DNA of 64,000 nt from Candidatus Cloacimonadales bacterium (GTDB taxonomy: Bacteria > Cloacimonadota > Cloacimonadia > Cloacimonadales > DAONDQ01): positions 2,406,177 through 2,470,176 of the forward strand of contig OY759316.1 in NCBI GenBank assembly GCA_963662275.1. The letters are read 5' to 3'. The notes under the pieces are model-generated. The model was not told the origin of the DNA. It did no database searches and worked only from the letters and a program-made list of their open reading frames with translations. A program made the translations under genes and the position numbers. Shown one piece after another: positions 62,818-64,000 of this stretch; the first letter of the stretch is position 1, and each line of letters starts with the position of its first letter.

Positions 62818-64000
62818 ATGAAAACTCTCTTCACAAATGCTACGATTTATTCCCTGCGCTTTGAAAATGAATCATATAAATCAATGTTGGTTGAAGACGG
62901 TATTATTAAAGACGTCTTTCAGAATATACCAACAATGAATTCAGAAATTGTCGATTTACAAGGAGCATTTGTTTATCCGGGATTCATTGATACTCATACT
63001 CATTCCTTTGAAGGTGGTTTATATAGCTTGGGTGTTAACCTGGAAAAAGCGAAAACGATTTCTGAAACACTAGAACTTCTCAGAATGGCAAAACCACAGG
63101 GAAATCTTATTTTTGCTTATCATTTTGATGAAACAGAAATGAAAGAAAAACGCTTCCCTACCCTGGAAGAACTTGATTCAATATTTCCCTCAAATCCAGT
63201 ACTTTTAAGAAGAGTAGATGGACATTCCTGTGTCATTAATTCTGAAGCTGCCAAACGCATTCCTTGGGGACAAGCTCCTCCTCCTGGTTTTTATGGTTTA
63301 TTACGTAAAGAAGATAACGATCTGGCAGCACACTGGTTTCATGGAAATCTATCTGATGAAGCTGTTCTGCAGGCATATCAGCAAGCAGCTCAACTGGCAA
63401 TCAACGGTGGACACACGACGATTCATACGATGATTGGTGATTCTGTCAATAATCCAACCCACTATGCCCTTATAGAAAAGCATAAAGCTAAATTTCCCAT
63501 AGAATTCATCACTTATCCTCAGATGTTTGATATCAGGAAAGCTCTGGAGCTTGGTTCAAAACGAATTGGCGGATGTATATTAGCAGACGGTTCCTTTGGC
63601 TCACACACCGCTGCACTGACAGTTCCTTATACAGACGAGCCTGATAATTACGGTACACTTTACCATGATGATGAATTCTGGATGAATTTCGTTATGGAAG
63701 CTCATAATAACGATTTGCAAGTGGCAGTTCATTGTATAGGGGATAAAGCTGTGAATCAAATTCTGCAAGCTTATGAAATGGTTCAAAAGCAAAAACTAAA
63801 AGATTTGCGTCATGAGCTTATTCATTGTGAACTAATGACGGATGATATGTTAAAAAGAGCACGAAATGCAGGCGTTAGCTGTGTTATGCAACCGATGTTT
63901 GATCATTTATGGGGTGGAGATTCAGGCTTATATGCGAGAGTACTGGGAACTGATAGAGCTTTTTCCACCAATCGTTTCGCTTCTATAATGAAACAAGGTA
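62818..64000 (+). CDS. Amidohydrolase-family metal-dependent hydrolase (YtcJ/Amidohydro_3-like), 3' end beyond the window
   Basis: It is not in the ORF track because there is no stop before the window end. Own translation from the ATG at 62818 gives MKTLFTNATIYSL...GAFVYPGFIDTHTHSFEGG...VAVHCIGDKAV...VSCVMQPMF. The frame is open to 64000. Confidence 0.7.
   Translation, partial: MKTLFTNATIYSLRFENESYKSMLVEDGIIKDVFQNIPTMNSEIVDLQGAFVYPGFIDTHTHSFEGGLYSLGVNLEKAKTISETLELLRMAKPQGNLIFAYHFDETEMKEKRFPTLEELDSIFPSNPVLLRRVDGHSCVINSEAAKRIPWGQAPPPGFYGLLRKEDNDLAAHWFHGNLSDEAVLQAYQQAAQLAINGGHTTIHTMIGDSVNNPTHYALIEKHKAKFPIEFITYPQMFDIRKALELGSKRIGGCILADGSFGSHTAALTVPYTDEPDNYGTLYHDDEFWMNFVMEAHNNDLQVAVHCIGDKAVNQILQAYEMVQKQKLKDLRHELIHCELMTDDMLKRARNAGVSCVMQPMFDHLWGGDSGLYARVLGTDRAFSTNRFASIMKQG

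Overview
AT-rich bacterial chromosomal window with coding on both strands, holding about 40 genes or gene fragments. I found no rRNA, tRNA or CRISPR array by eye.

**Left edge.** A tightly packed minus-strand operon runs DRTGG, GHKL-ATPase, [FeFe]-hydrogenase-like Fe-S protein, DRTGG, PHP, then a NuoE-like gene. I read this as a hydrogenase-linked sensory or regulatory cassette. Next to it is a REP-associated tyrosine transposase (RAYT) flanked by its GTAG-headed REPs, including a 10-copy head-to-tail 28-bp REP array.

**Secreted proteins.** Roughly half of the window encodes large proteins with signal peptides. Nine of them, up to 1705 aa, end in the same ~85-aa T9SS-type C-terminal sorting domain. 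Five of those share a conserved module just before that domain. The set includes two LVIVD-repeat propeller proteins and two tandem giant paralogs of 1583 and 1612 aa. A type I pullulanase, an exported rubrerythrin and a DUF2147 protein lie among them.

**Mobile DNA.** There is an IS91-family HUH-Y2 transposase with an abutting tyrosine recombinase. There are also two near-identical 1861-bp IS copies in inverted orientation, each with its own 8-bp target duplication, bracketing 17.6 kb.

**Other genes.** A class III cyclase fused to a STAND ATPase and TPR repeats, speH-speE, two tandem serC paralogs, maf, and a partial amidohydrolase at the right edge.

**Gene decay.** A prolyl oligopeptidase is interrupted by one in-frame TAA. 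A glyoxalase/VOC gene is truncated at a tandem 11-mer.

**Intergenic DNA.** It is unusually structured. It contains at least five GTAG-plus-hairpin repeat classes, a 115-185 bp repeat family with a covarying stem, and clusters of degenerate 7-, 11- and 22-bp tandem 'stutter' arrays.

The taxonomic impression (an FCB-group, Cloacimonadota-like organism) is only a guess from the protein style.
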